From assembly GCA_030704615.1 (NCBI GenBank), contig CM060732.1, forward strand, positions 33,852,001 through 33,916,000: a stretch of DNA of 64,000 nucleotides, given 5' to 3'. The position numbers were made by a program, and so were the translations under genes. Positions 53,020 to 64,000 of the stretch are shown in pieces. The notes below the pieces were generated by a model. That model saw nothing but the letters and a program-made list of their open reading frames with translations, did no database searches and was not told the origin of the DNA. Source of the stretch: Takakia lepidozioides (Eukaryota > Plantae > Bryophyta). The first letter of the stretch is position 1; every line of letters starts with the position of its first letter.

Positions 53020-55350
53020 CCCCCGAATGGAAATTCGGCACCAACATCCAACAGAGGAAGCCCGGATGAAGTCGCCTCGGGCGCAGAGGCCGGAGTGTGT
53101 GCGACAGAGAACATCTTCTGGATGGAGATTCGGCGCCGAATTCCATCCGGTCCCCCAAAGGGAGTCGTGTCGGGGGGTCAGGCCGAAAACTGGACGGCGC
53201 ATAAAAACATCCCCAGATGGAAAAAAAACGGCGCCGAATTTCCGAATTTAAATAGGGTGGCGATTCGGATTTTGCAGGAGGCGGGTGAGAGTCGGGGAGG
53301 GGGGAGTGGCCTTGCTGCAGTTGGCTGTCACATTCAACCCCCGGACGGAATTCGGCAACGAATATCGAACAGGGGACGCCCGGATGAAGCGCCGGGCACA
53401 CGAGGGCCTGGCCAGTGGGAGACAGGAGAACATCCCTGGACGGACATTCGGCGCAGAATTTCCATCCGTGGGCCCCCCCACAAAGGAAGTGTGTCGGCGG
53501 TCAGCGCGACACACTGGCCGACTATAAAAACCTCCCAGATGAGGAAAACGGCGCCGAATTCAATCGGGCCGTCCCAATGAAGTCGGGGAGGGAAGGGGGG
53601 GGGAGAGGGGGTGGGACGGAACATGGAAATTGTGGGCATATTTCAAAAAAAGGACGGAAATTAGGCACCGAATATCCAACCAGAGAGGCGGAGGAGAGGC
53701 GGCACCTCTCCGACAGACAGAGGGGGCAATTCCCGGATGGAGATTCGGCCGCCGAATTTCCATCCAGCAGGTAAGTGGAATCTCGGGATGGATGGAGATT
53801 CGGCCCGATTTCCATCGCAGTAGTCGGATCGGTGCCATATGGAATATCGGCGCCGAATTTCCATCCTGCAGGTAATTCGAATCGTGGATATGAATGGACA
53901 ATTCGGCCGCCGAATTTCCATTCCAGCAGGTTTAAGTCGGATCGGTCCATATGGATATTCGGCGCCGGAATTTCCATCTGCAGTAATTCGGAAATATGGA
54001 GGAATGGAAATTCGGACGCCGAATTCCATCCAGCAGGTAAGTCGGATCGGTGCCATATGGGATTCGGCGCCGAATTTCCATCCGCCCAGGGTAATTCGAA
54101 ATCATGGATGAATGGAAATTCGGCGCCGAATTCCATCCAGCAGGGTGGGTAAGTCGGATCGGTGCCATATGGATATTCGGCGCCGAATTTCCATCTGCAG
54201 GTAATCGAATCGTGGATGAATGGAAATTCGCGCCGAATTTCCATCCAAGCAGGGTAAGTCGGATCAGAGTGACAGATGGATATTCGGCGCCGGATTTCCA
54301 CTCGCCATTTATTTCTGAGCGAGGAATTACTTCGTGCAGGTAATTCCCATATAAGGATATTACCTTCGTGCAGGTAATTCGCATACCAGAATTACTTTGT
54401 GCAGGTAATTTCCAGATGACAATTACCTTCCGGCAGGTAATTCCAATCGATGTTTATTCCTCGTCCAAATTACCTGCACAAAGTAATTCTCCATCTGGAA
54501 ATTCCCTGCATGAGGATAATTCTTATGTGAATACCTGCACGAAGGTAATTCTTATATGGGGAATTACCTGCACGAAGGTAATTCCTCGCTCAGAGAAATA
54601 ATGGCGAATCGAATTCGGCGCCGAATATCCATATGGCACCGATCCGACTTACATGCCGATGGAAATTCGACGCCGAATTACCTGCTTGAAGGAAATTTGG
54701 CGAACCGCCCTACCTGCGCGGATGGAAATTCGGCGCGGATTTCCATCCGCGCATCCGAATTACCTGCTTTGAAGGAGGAAATTGGCGCACCGCCATCCTA
54801 CGCGGATGGAAATTCGGCGCCGGATTTCCATCCGCGCGCATCCGAATTACCTGCGCGGATGGAAATTCGGCGCCGGGATTCCATCCGCGCGCATCCGAAT
54901 TACCTGCTTGAAGGAAATTTGGCGCACCGCCCTACCTGCGCGGATGGAAAATTCGGCGCCGGATTTCAAATTTGGCGCATCCGAATTACTGGCGCGGATG
55001 GAAATTCGGCGCCGGATTTCCATCCGCGCGCATCCGAATTACCTGCTTGAAGGAAATTTGGCGCACCGCCTACCTGCGCGGGATGGAAAATTCGGCGCCG
55101 GATTTCAAATTTGGCGCATCCGAATACCTGCGCGGATGGAAATTCGGCGCCGGATTTCCATCCGCGCGCATCCGAATTACCTGCTTGAAGGAAATTTGGC
55201 GCACCGCCATCCTACGCGGATGGAAATTCGGCGCCGGATTTCCATCCGCGCGCATCCGAATTACCTGCTTGAAGGAAATTTGGCGCACCGCCATCCTACG
55301 CGGATGGAAATTCGGCGCCGGATTTCCATCCGCGCGCTTCCGAATTACCT
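53020..55350. repeat. Palindrome array in the divergent spacer, consensus GGATGGAAATTCGGCGCCG(A/G)ATTTCCATCC
   Basis: Dozens of copies, densest at 53700-54300 and 54600-55340; a 36-bp near-perfect palindrome lies at 54801-54836; interspersed AATTACCTGC motifs. Confidence 0.92.
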
Positions 55351-55577
55351 GCGTGAGGGAAATCCGGGACTGTTTTCGTCTATTTTCTTCCGACATGGAG
55401 GGCTTCATCCGACATTTAATTGCGCAGTTGGGCAATAAATGTCGACGGCCGTCGCTTATTATTCGGGCTGGCGACGCATGGCTTCCTGGACACGTACCCT
55501 AAATCTCATGCTATACTTGGCTTAACATGGTATTCCAGGCATGTACCCAAAAAAGGAGATCTTTTTGGCTGGGACTT

Positions 55578-58500
55578 ATGCCGCCTGAAGGGCGTGGCTC
55601 TCCTGAGAGAGACCTCAGATCCAGACCGCGGCGGAAGTTGAAAGCTCTGTACTACGGACGACGGCCAATCTCTCGCATGGCCAAACTGAAGCTCCAGCAG
55701 GAGATTCCAGTGTCTTGCTCACAACCTGCGCCAACTGAAGCGAGTACTCTCAGGCAAGCCACTTCTGCTTTCGGTTTGTTCGATTTCTTTTTGCTTTCGC
55801 TTCGTTACCTCGCTTTGTTTCTGCATCTTCATCCTGGCTTTGCTTTATGAGTGAACTTTAGATAGTTGACTGAACCTTAGATTGTTTGCAATGCGTGTGC
55901 AAATCCGGCAGCTCTGGAGAAGGCTGCTTGTGCATGTCATTCTTAGGCAATGGTTGCATTTGTTTTCATTGTTGTTGCATGGCTCTCCATACTTCCTAAA
56001 CTTGTTATGTTTTCATTTTTGCTACATGATTGCTGCTATGGTGGTTGCGCTGCTGCTTTTTGCACCACTGTTGGTGTTCACGATTTTTGTCAATCACAGA
56101 GTGACGACGAGCCCGGCACGCTGGTGGTATCATCGACAGCTCCAACTCATCGCATGTTTGAATCGCCCAACTTGGGGCGAGAGGGCAAACTTAAATCTTT
56201 TGTTGGTGGACGGGAGGACTTGCAACGAGATTACGATAGAGTAGGCATTGGGGAGGTTGGTGCAGGCGGCATGGCAGGTGAAGGGCGTGAGGACATGAGG
56301 ACAGCAGATCCGGCAATGGAGGTTGTTCATGCACATGCAGTAGGGCCCGCCCACGCAAAGAAAAAGAAGAAAGCTAAGCACATGCAATCCCCGGCGAGAG
56401 AGCAGTCACGGGCTGCGGAGGAGGGGGGAGTGAGCAGTGCGCGCGAGTGTGTCAGTTCGCCTCAATCAAAGGTGGTCGTCCTGGAGGGCTCCCCTGTTGC
56501 TAGCCCTAGTAAGAAACAGAAAGCCCGTGAGAGGGCAAAAGAGAGGGCAAAAGAACAGACGAGACAGAATGCTAGCAAGGAGGAAAGACAAAAGGCAGCT
56601 GAAGAGGCCCGGGGTGCCCAAATGACAGATGCCAATGTAAGCGAGGGACACACAGAGACGGTGGATCCCTACAAGACACCACAGAGAGGCAGTAGCACAC
56701 CGGTTAGACCATCGCGGGCAAATGCAGCCCCCGCAATTACCCATACGGTGGAGAGTGGAGGAGAGGAAAGAACACCTGAAAGAGCACCGATTGTGCAAGT
56801 TCGAGGTGAAGCCAGGGAGAGGGCAGAGAAGTAGAGAGACGACGAGAGTGCTGGAGGTGGTTTCGCAGGTGGCTGACCCTGTTGAGGAGGACGACATGGA
56901 TGTTTCTGACCAGGATGACATTCTCCCGGACATCCCCAGGCCCCAAACCCGGAGCATACAGGCTGGATTTGGCGGTCTTGGTGGGCTGCCGGAAAACCCC
57001 TCTGCAGCAGACGTCATGTCTGAGGCGGATATGAAGTTGGCCGCTGCCAAGATGTTGGAGGCAACCCACAGCAACATTGGCAGGGTGCTGGGGGGCATGG
57101 TGTACCCGGCCAAGCTTCGAATTCCCTTTGCCGCTTGGTGTCATTGCAGGTGGTGAGACCTGCCCTCCCAGGCGATATCGACAAGCTGAAATTCTCTTTC
57201 CGGGATGGATATCGAATGGGGTCTGCCGCCTTTTACGTTTCCATTGAGAACGACCACGGAGCTTCCCGTGCCCACACTTCCGATGAGGTGGACAAATGGG
57301 GGTCCCATTGGCAAACGCGAAATGAGGAGTTCGAGAGAGATCGATTGCTAGTGATCCTCTTTTCCAGCACATGTCCGGTAAGATGTTCTACGTGTGGGAC
57401 GGCAATCATCGCCTCCTGGCATGGATGGAGCACATTGCCCAAGCCCACCCCAACGATCTCGATTGGCATTTCGCCGTCGATTGTGTTGTGCTGAAGGTTG
57501 CGGGGCCCAAAGATCGCAGTCTTCTCAAAGCTGCAATGGCCGACATCAACTCGTAAGCTACAACCCCTCTCGCTTTTGGACTTTGAATTTGGAAGTCATT
57601 TCATTGCGAATCCTCATATATGATGAAAATTCCCATTTCAGTATTGTTTGATGGAAATGTGGCACTGCAGGGTGACTGAGAATGCCTTCATTGCCACCAA
57701 CTTGTCCCATATGCTCTTCCGAGTGAAGGATGTCGGGAGGCAGGGGGTGGAAGAGTTTGCCAATTCCCTCAGTGCCGACCTCCTGCGCAAGTCGGAGGCA
57801 AAGGCAGACAGAACCTGGTATAGGCTGAGCGTCGACGCCATGGTGGACTACATATTTCGGGTAAAGCTCCTGCAGTTTTGTTGAGCTAATTTGTCTCTCC
57901 TCCCCAATAGAAGAAATTGTGTTGAGCAGGATCTCTAATCTTATGTGCTGCTTTTCGACAGACGAAAATACAGCAGGATTTGGCACATGCGCGGAGGTTC
58001 TACATGGAGTCAGAGGAGAAGAATCCAACCCTCCCGGAACTCGAATCGTATGTCAAAGCTGCGGAGGTGAGGGCCCGCATAAAGTACAAGTCGCGGATGG
58101 TAAAGTACGTGGCCATAGCTGATCCCGCCCTTGGTGCCGACTTTCTGGTGGAGGTGGGAAAGCACTACTCTCGCGCTCTGAAGCCCACGATGACATTGGA
58201 GAAGCTCCATCGTCTAGCCACATCCTGTGTGGATGCAACAGAAAAGGTGATACATTCTTAACCAAATTGTGGTGGCAACAACTCCTTTTTGTGGTGTTTG
58301 GCGCTTACGAATATGCTGGGTGGTTGGACAGACCCGGTGGCTCCAAATCTGGAATGGTTCCCAAAGTACCAGGGACATGTGGAGCTTCCCCAAACCGGAC
58401 AAACTCTCTGACCCCACATTCGACATGTGGATGAACCGCATGACATGGTGGTTTCAGGTACTTCCCCACGCTTCGTTTGGGGCTTGTACTCTAGTAGGGG

Positions 58501-61500
58501 GTTGATTCATTGTATTTTTTGAGGAAAGCGATCTGATGGACAATCTCCACAGGTGACGACGAATGCGCAAGAGCAGCTGGACACACAAGCACATCAGTTC
58601 AAGATGGAGATATCTCCTGCAGCAGAGAGCCTGCGTGACTATGTGACGAGGTACTTTCTGCTCTACAAAACCAACCTATTCTTTCGGGAGATAGCAGATG
58701 CTCGCCGGAGCCACGAGTTCACCGACCAGCCGAACGCGGACAAAGCAGCAATGCGCCTTCTGTACAGGTACATACGCGCTGCCTTTCTTTCAAGTCCTGG
58801 CATTTCAGGATGTTAGAGGCCTAAGTGGTGTTAGGGAAAAATGGCGCCGAATTTCCAGTCAGGGCTCCGAAAATGGCAAAGTCCCTAGACTGGCTGGCCG
58901 GAACTGGAAATTCGGCGCCATTTTCCAGTTCCAGGCCCTATTGCCGTTCAGGGACTTAGCCATTTTCGGGCTAAGTCCCTAGTGTGGCTGGCCCGGAACT
59001 GGAAATTCGGCGCCGTTTTCCAGTTCTAGGCCCTATTGCCGTCCAGGGACTTAGCCATTTCGGGCTAAGTCCCTAGACTGGCTGGCCATGAAGTGGAAAT
59101 TCGGCGCCATATTCCAGTTCCAGGCCCTATTGCCGTCCAGGGACTTAGCCATTTTCGGTCTAAGTCCCTAGGGTGGCTGGCCCGGAACTGGAAATTCGGC
59201 GCCGTATTCCAGTTCTAGGCCTATTGCCGTCCAGGGACTTAGCCATTTTCCGGCGAAGTCCCTAGACTGGCTGGCCCTGAAGTGGAAATTCGGCGCCATA
59301 TTCCAGTTCCAGGCCCTATTGCCGTCCAGGGACTTAGCCATTTTAGGTCTAAGTCCCTAGGGTGGCTGGCCCGGAACTGGAAATTCGGCGCCGTATTCCA
59401 GTTCTAGGCCCTATTGCCGTCCAGGGACTTAGCCATTTTCGGGCCAAGTCCCTAGACTGGCTGGCCCTGAAGTGGAAATTCGGCGCCATATTCCAGTTCC
59501 AGGCCCTATTGCCGTCCAGGGACTTAGCCATTTTCGGTCTAAGTCCCTAGGGTGGCTGGCCCGGAACTGGAAATTCGGCGCCGTATTCCAGTTCTAGGCC
59601 CTATTGCCGTCCAGGGACTTAGCCATTTTTTGTGTAAGTCCCTAGGGTGGCTGGCCCGGAAGTGGAAATTCGGCGCCGTTTTCCAGTTCCAGGCCGTATT
59701 GCCGTCCAGGGACTTAGCCATTTTCGGGCTAAGTCCCTACACTGGGTGGCCCTGAAGTGGAAATTCGGCGCCATATTCCAGTTGTAGGCCCTATTGCCGT
59801 TCAGGGAGTTAGCCATTTTCGGACCTCATTGGGTTTTTCATGAATGCAGGTACTGTAAGTTCTCGCTTTTGGAGAAAGGTCATCTGTCTTTCGAGCCACC
59901 ATTCTTCCTGGCATGGAGGAACCCTGGGGCTGACTCCATGTACACTGACGATATTGTGAAGGAGTGGCATCTGGAACATTTGCGTGATTGCCCTTGGTAT
60001 GTGGACCTTCCGCCCGCTCGCTCGACCCATCCGAGTTTCAATTGAAGCTGGATGCTGAATTCCGACGAAACCGGGCTCCGCTGCCTCCGTTGGGTGCAAA
60101 AGAGGCAAAAGCGCTTGCGAACTCCAGGAAAGCGGCAGAGCTTGCTCAGGCAGGAATTCAAGAGAAATTGCATGAGAAGAGTAAAGGTCAAAGGAAAAGG
60201 ACAAGGAAACAGGTGACTGCAGTAACACCCAAAAGAAGAAAACCATCGGGGCATCGGAGGAGGCGCAGGAGGGGACCCAAGAGAGTGACTCCGACGCCGA
60301 TTTTGTTCAAGGTCCTGCGACTGCTGTTGCTCCTACCCAGTCACCGGTCGTCCGGGTTCCCAAGTCAGTTCGGAGTGGGACTGGCTCTGCCAAGAAGTTG
60401 GCATTTGAGGGCGAGCCTACACGGCGGTATTCGGCGGTGACGTTTACGCACAGGCCAAAGCTAGAACCTCCAACCATCATCCAATGCGTCAATGAGAGCT
60501 TCCTTGACGCTCTCGCTGCCAGGGCGAAGAAGGTGGCACACAACAAGTCTCTGGCGGAGCAGAAGGGAAAAGCCAAGAAGAGAGGCTGCCGGTACAGAGC
60601 CTAAAGACACCCCTGGTTTTGAAGCCATGATGGAATTCTTCACGGCTGTGAGCACGAATTGCAAGAGCACTCGGGGGGGGGGTTGAGGTGGAGAGAGCTT
60701 GCGACATGATTCTCCTCGACATTCCAGATGGGGAGCTGCTGGAGGGCCTGGATGGTGTGCCACCTGGAACAGGTTTACTGAGGACTACTGGAAAGCCGGG
60801 TTTGGGCTGGCGGGGATGCTTCTGGATGACGGTGGATGTGTGGTTGTCCTTGCCACGAGAGGGAAGACCACAGAGAATGCGGTGGCAAGGTGGACACCGA
60901 AAAGTGTCACCCCGGTCCTCCTCAGAAAATGGTTCTGCATCAGTACGCAGGGGTTGCGAACAGAGGGCCAAAGTGTAAGTTATCAATCTATTGCATTCAC
61001 TTCATATTGTGGTGTATGTTAAGTAGACCCTGGAATTGATCCCTTCTTTGTTGGATGTGCAGACATTGGTGTTTGAGGCATATTGCTTGTGAAGAGAGGG
61101 TCTACGTTCAAATTCCGCAACGACGGTCGTCTTGTTGATGCCGCTGTGGACCCTGTAACCTACGATGTCCTCTACAACTATGTGCCCCACTCTAGTATGC
61201 CGAAGGACACAAAGACAGGCAAACCGTGGCGGTACAGCCGGACCCGAAGCCCTGCTTTCATCCAAACCCTCATGGAGACGTGCTCGGATGTCCAAGGGCG
61301 GATTCTGGACCTCACATGCGGCACGGGTAAGCCTTCACGTGCTCAGTTTGTCCCCTGGCCCCATTGCAATTGCATGCCGCAAGCTATTAACCGCCCGCTT
61401 TGTTCCTCAGGTGCTTCAATGTGGGCAGGGACGTTGTCCGACAGGCATGTGTTCGCCTTCGAGCCAGATACTGCCCTCCACAACTCGGAACTTGCAGCGG

Positions 61501-62197
61501 CTGAACGTCTGCCGAAAGAGGAAGAGGCATCCTCGGAGGATGAGGAAAAATCCGAGAAGGAGCAGGGGGAGGAAGTTGGGATCGAGGCCGAGGAGCCCCG
61601 GTTTACGAGTGAGTGGTGGCATTGTAAGTTGCCTCCAGATTTTGTGAGGCACCTCCCTCCGCTCTCTTATTTCATTGAAAACCCTTTCTGGTTGTGCTGG
61701 TATTGACATTCTTCAAGTGGATTTGTTCTTACTGTAGGATGCCAAGTACTGCCGGAGGGACGTCTACACCGGAGTTCATGGGCAGGAGGAACGTGCCTTT
61801 TTTTGCCAGGGGAGATTTCATGCCTAGTCCAGAAAGGGAGTACATCCTGCCTACTTATGCTGCCCGGCTTGCTTCGGTGTCCATTAGGAGGTGTTCCGAA
61901 CGTAGTCGTGTACAGCAGATTTTAGACGAGGCAAGCCTCAAGAAAATGAAGATGAGGGAGGAGGCAGCAGCTATTAGAGCCCGTCGGGCTCGTAGATTTG
62001 TGTTGGATTCTGCTGAGGAAAGTGGGGGAGAAGACGCAGAAGATTCCCAGGAGGTGAGGTGGACAGTCCCCCAAGGAGAGGACGGGATTTTTGAGAGGCA
62101 TAGTGGAACTGATGCATCACAGAGCTCGGAGGATGAGGGGGATGAGGGGGATGAGGAAGAAGGTGGGGCAAGTTCCTCGGAGGGTGTAGGAGAGTAG
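55578..62197 (+). CDS. Multi-exon ParB/Srx-domain + beta-class N6A/N4C DNA methyltransferase-like protein (5' end approximate; frameshifted in this assembly)
   Basis: WDGNHRLLA at 57395-57421; DMILLDIPDG at 60703-60732; LAGMLLDDGGCVVVL; RSPAFIQTLMETCSDVQGRILDLTCGTG|ASMWAGTLSDRHVFAFEPD after removing intron 61327-61410. Other GT-AG introns: 57553-57670, 58768-59849, 61609-61738. Confidence 0.75.
58835..59825. repeat. ~95-bp tandem array (190-bp higher-order dimer) inside intron 58768-59849
   Basis: About 10 units, each with an ACTGGAAATTCGGCGCC..TTCCAGT hairpin and a GGGACTTAGCC..CTAAGTCCC hairpin. Confidence 0.92.
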
Positions 62198-62382
62198 TGC
62201 CCATTCCGGCTATGACAGTTAGAACACACTTGTATAGACGTGGCTTGCCACAAAATTTGCAATAAAATGTTGCATTTTAAGTCCACTGGTGCCACATTCC
62301 AACTTCACATGACCCTATTTCCGTGCCTCCTAACCCTATTTCCGTGGACTCACAATGGTCTGCTCATGCTTTTTTTTTTTCC

Positions 62383-62433
62383 GCTCATGCTCATGCCGCT
62401 CATGCTCATGCCGCTCATGAAATAGCAGCCCCC
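62383..62433 (-). repeat. Right TIR
   Basis: ..GCTCATGAAATAGCAGCCCCC; the same end occurs at 35281. Confidence 0.9.
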
Positions 62434-62860
62434 CTGCGAAGTTCAGCGGTTTTTTAGGGAAATTAGTTAACAGGATCCTGCCGGTTTCTTCCTTCATTAC
62501 AAATCCCCCGTCTGCTTGTGTGGTTTGTAACTCTGCTCGTCTTGAGACAATTGAGCACTGCTTGGTGGAATGCCCTTTGGCTACCTTCATGTGGGGGCTT
62601 ATATGTAAGTTTTATTCGTTATGGCGTGGGGATTACTCGCTGGATGCCTCGGTTCTTCTGCTTAATATTCAATCCGGAACTATTTGGAGTTCTTGTCCAG
62701 TCTGGGCAGCTCTCAGGGCTCAAACGCTTTGGAACATCTGGAAAACCAGATGCTTGCTCTGGGGGGGCAGCCTTGTGCTAAGATGCTTCTGTTCAGAGTT
62801 CACTCAGACATTATATCTGAAGCAAGGAAAGCTTGGGGGGTTTTGGGTGCAGCTATTGCT
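62434..62860 (+). mobile_element. L1-like LINE 3' fragment, right half (zf-RVT CCHC)
   Basis: KFSGFLGKLVNRILP..CVVCNSARLETIEHCLVECP..TLWNIWKTRC. Confidence 0.75.
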
Positions 62861-64000
62861 AGATGTGCGCAGAGAAGGTGATTGCAGCTACTGTCTAGCT
62901 TTGATAACACCTGGGGAAAAGGTAGACAATTGTGCAAAAGAACAGGCGAAGCAACGATTGTCCGACACAACTGCCTCCCGGCATGTTGGCAGCTCCACTA
63001 GTGCGCAGCAGTCGGCAGAGCATGGGGAATCATGCGTGGCACTGAGGGGCCGGGAGGAGGGCGGGGTTTTAGTGCCAGAGTCAATCCGAACGATACCTGG
63101 TGGACATGTATGCGAGATGTGGGTGAATCGAGGATGCGAAGGGAGTTTGCTGAGGGCGTGGCAAGGGGGGCAGCTGGGAGGCCGGGCAGCCCCTGCACTA
63201 TCCCCCATGTGTTTGGGACATAGTGCCGAGGAGTGCCGAGCCCCGTCTTCGGGCCTCACCCTCCACTTTACGTCTCGGTTCTTTTGACGACGATGCCAGT
63301 TCAATATATCCATGTTTTTTTGCCTGCAAGGGATGGTCAATTGCTAGGAGATTCCCCAGTCAAGAGGAGGTGGGGTGACTATCGGATCATTCTTGGCCCT
63401 CCAAGCTCTGGCACGCAATTCCTTGATGCCTCCATTCTGAATCAAATTTCGAGCTGATGCAAATGGAACACTAGGATGTGTACCTCGTGGCGATGTAGGG
63501 TGGTTTTTGCTCCGCGTTCACCGGTGAGTGGCTCCAGAACTTAGATGTTTGCTGAGCCTCCCCTCACACAAATTGCGGATGTTATCTTTGCTTTGTGCAT
63601 CTGTAAGCTAGAGGTCAGGACAAAGTTTTGCATCTCATTTCCTCAACCACTTTTCTTTATCTACTATTGGCCAGCGTCTTTTGCTATGATGGCGAGCTGT
63701 CTCTTTCCTCCCTAAGTAGATCTTTGCTACTCGTAGTACCGCAATTCCCCTTGGATCCAAGACAACATGTGGAAGGTGCTCATTTTTCGATAAGCGCCTA
63801 AGCCACGAAACTTCATACAGACATAGTTGCCATCACTAATCACCTATGGACGATGAATCTCTTCAACATTTTATGCCATCTGTTTCCACCATTAATTGAA
63901 TCATTCAACGCTTAATCATTGATAAATAAAGTTGGAGTCAAGTCTATGAGCTGATACTGATGATACATCAACACCTTAGAGAAGCCTCCATAATAGATCG

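Larger units (their letters stand above)
48353..62433. mobile_element. Complete 14,081-bp Mutator-like DNA transposon (family A) with ParB-MTase cargo
   Basis: Left end GAGGTTTGCTATTTCATGAGC; right end (rc) GGGGGCTGCTATTTCATGAGC; TSD CTGCGAAG at 48345-48352 and 62434-62441; two divergent genes. Confidence 0.95.

Noticed and set aside
53700-55350. CRISPR-like array of palindromic repeats
   Set aside because: The intervening sequences are themselves repeated and irregular, there are no cas genes, and the context is a spliced eukaryotic TE.
55578-62197. Bacterial or phage contamination as the source of the ParB-MTase gene
   Set aside because: The gene has frame-restoring GT-AG introns and lies inside a TIR/TSD-bounded element within a plant LINE.
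62870-64000. Possible further LINE remnant or gene
   Set aside because: Only a faint KWLRxxDA-like hint on the minus strand; not enough to support a call.

Overview
A nest of transposable elements from a eukaryote, with no intact host gene. The host is probably a seed-free land plant (inferred from a PLS-class PPR fragment, Athila/OTA-like Ty3/gypsy elements and CAG>TAG decay). There are two 500-N gaps, and some stretches have many indels that may be long-read errors. Main result: a complete 14.1-kb DNA transposon (48353-62433) with short TIRs and an 8-bp TSD (CTGCGAAG). It carries two divergent intron-containing genes: a Mutator-like GCM/WRKY-DDE-SWIM transposase, and a cargo gene fusing a ParB/Srx-type domain (WDGNHRLLA) to a beta-class amino-DNA-methyltransferase-like fold. 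Arrays of a long palindrome lie between the genes, in an intron and near one end. A second copy (35281-43552), a transposase fragment (1-2502) and a diverged sister family (2503-9052) share the layout, and the sister's palindrome shows a compensatory change. Also present: several gypsy copies with a ~1250-codon accessory ORF; a very young non-autonomous LTR element (26267-34588) encoding a Gag-PPR fusion with permuted, split-repeat termini; and a LINE fragment split by the DNA transposon.
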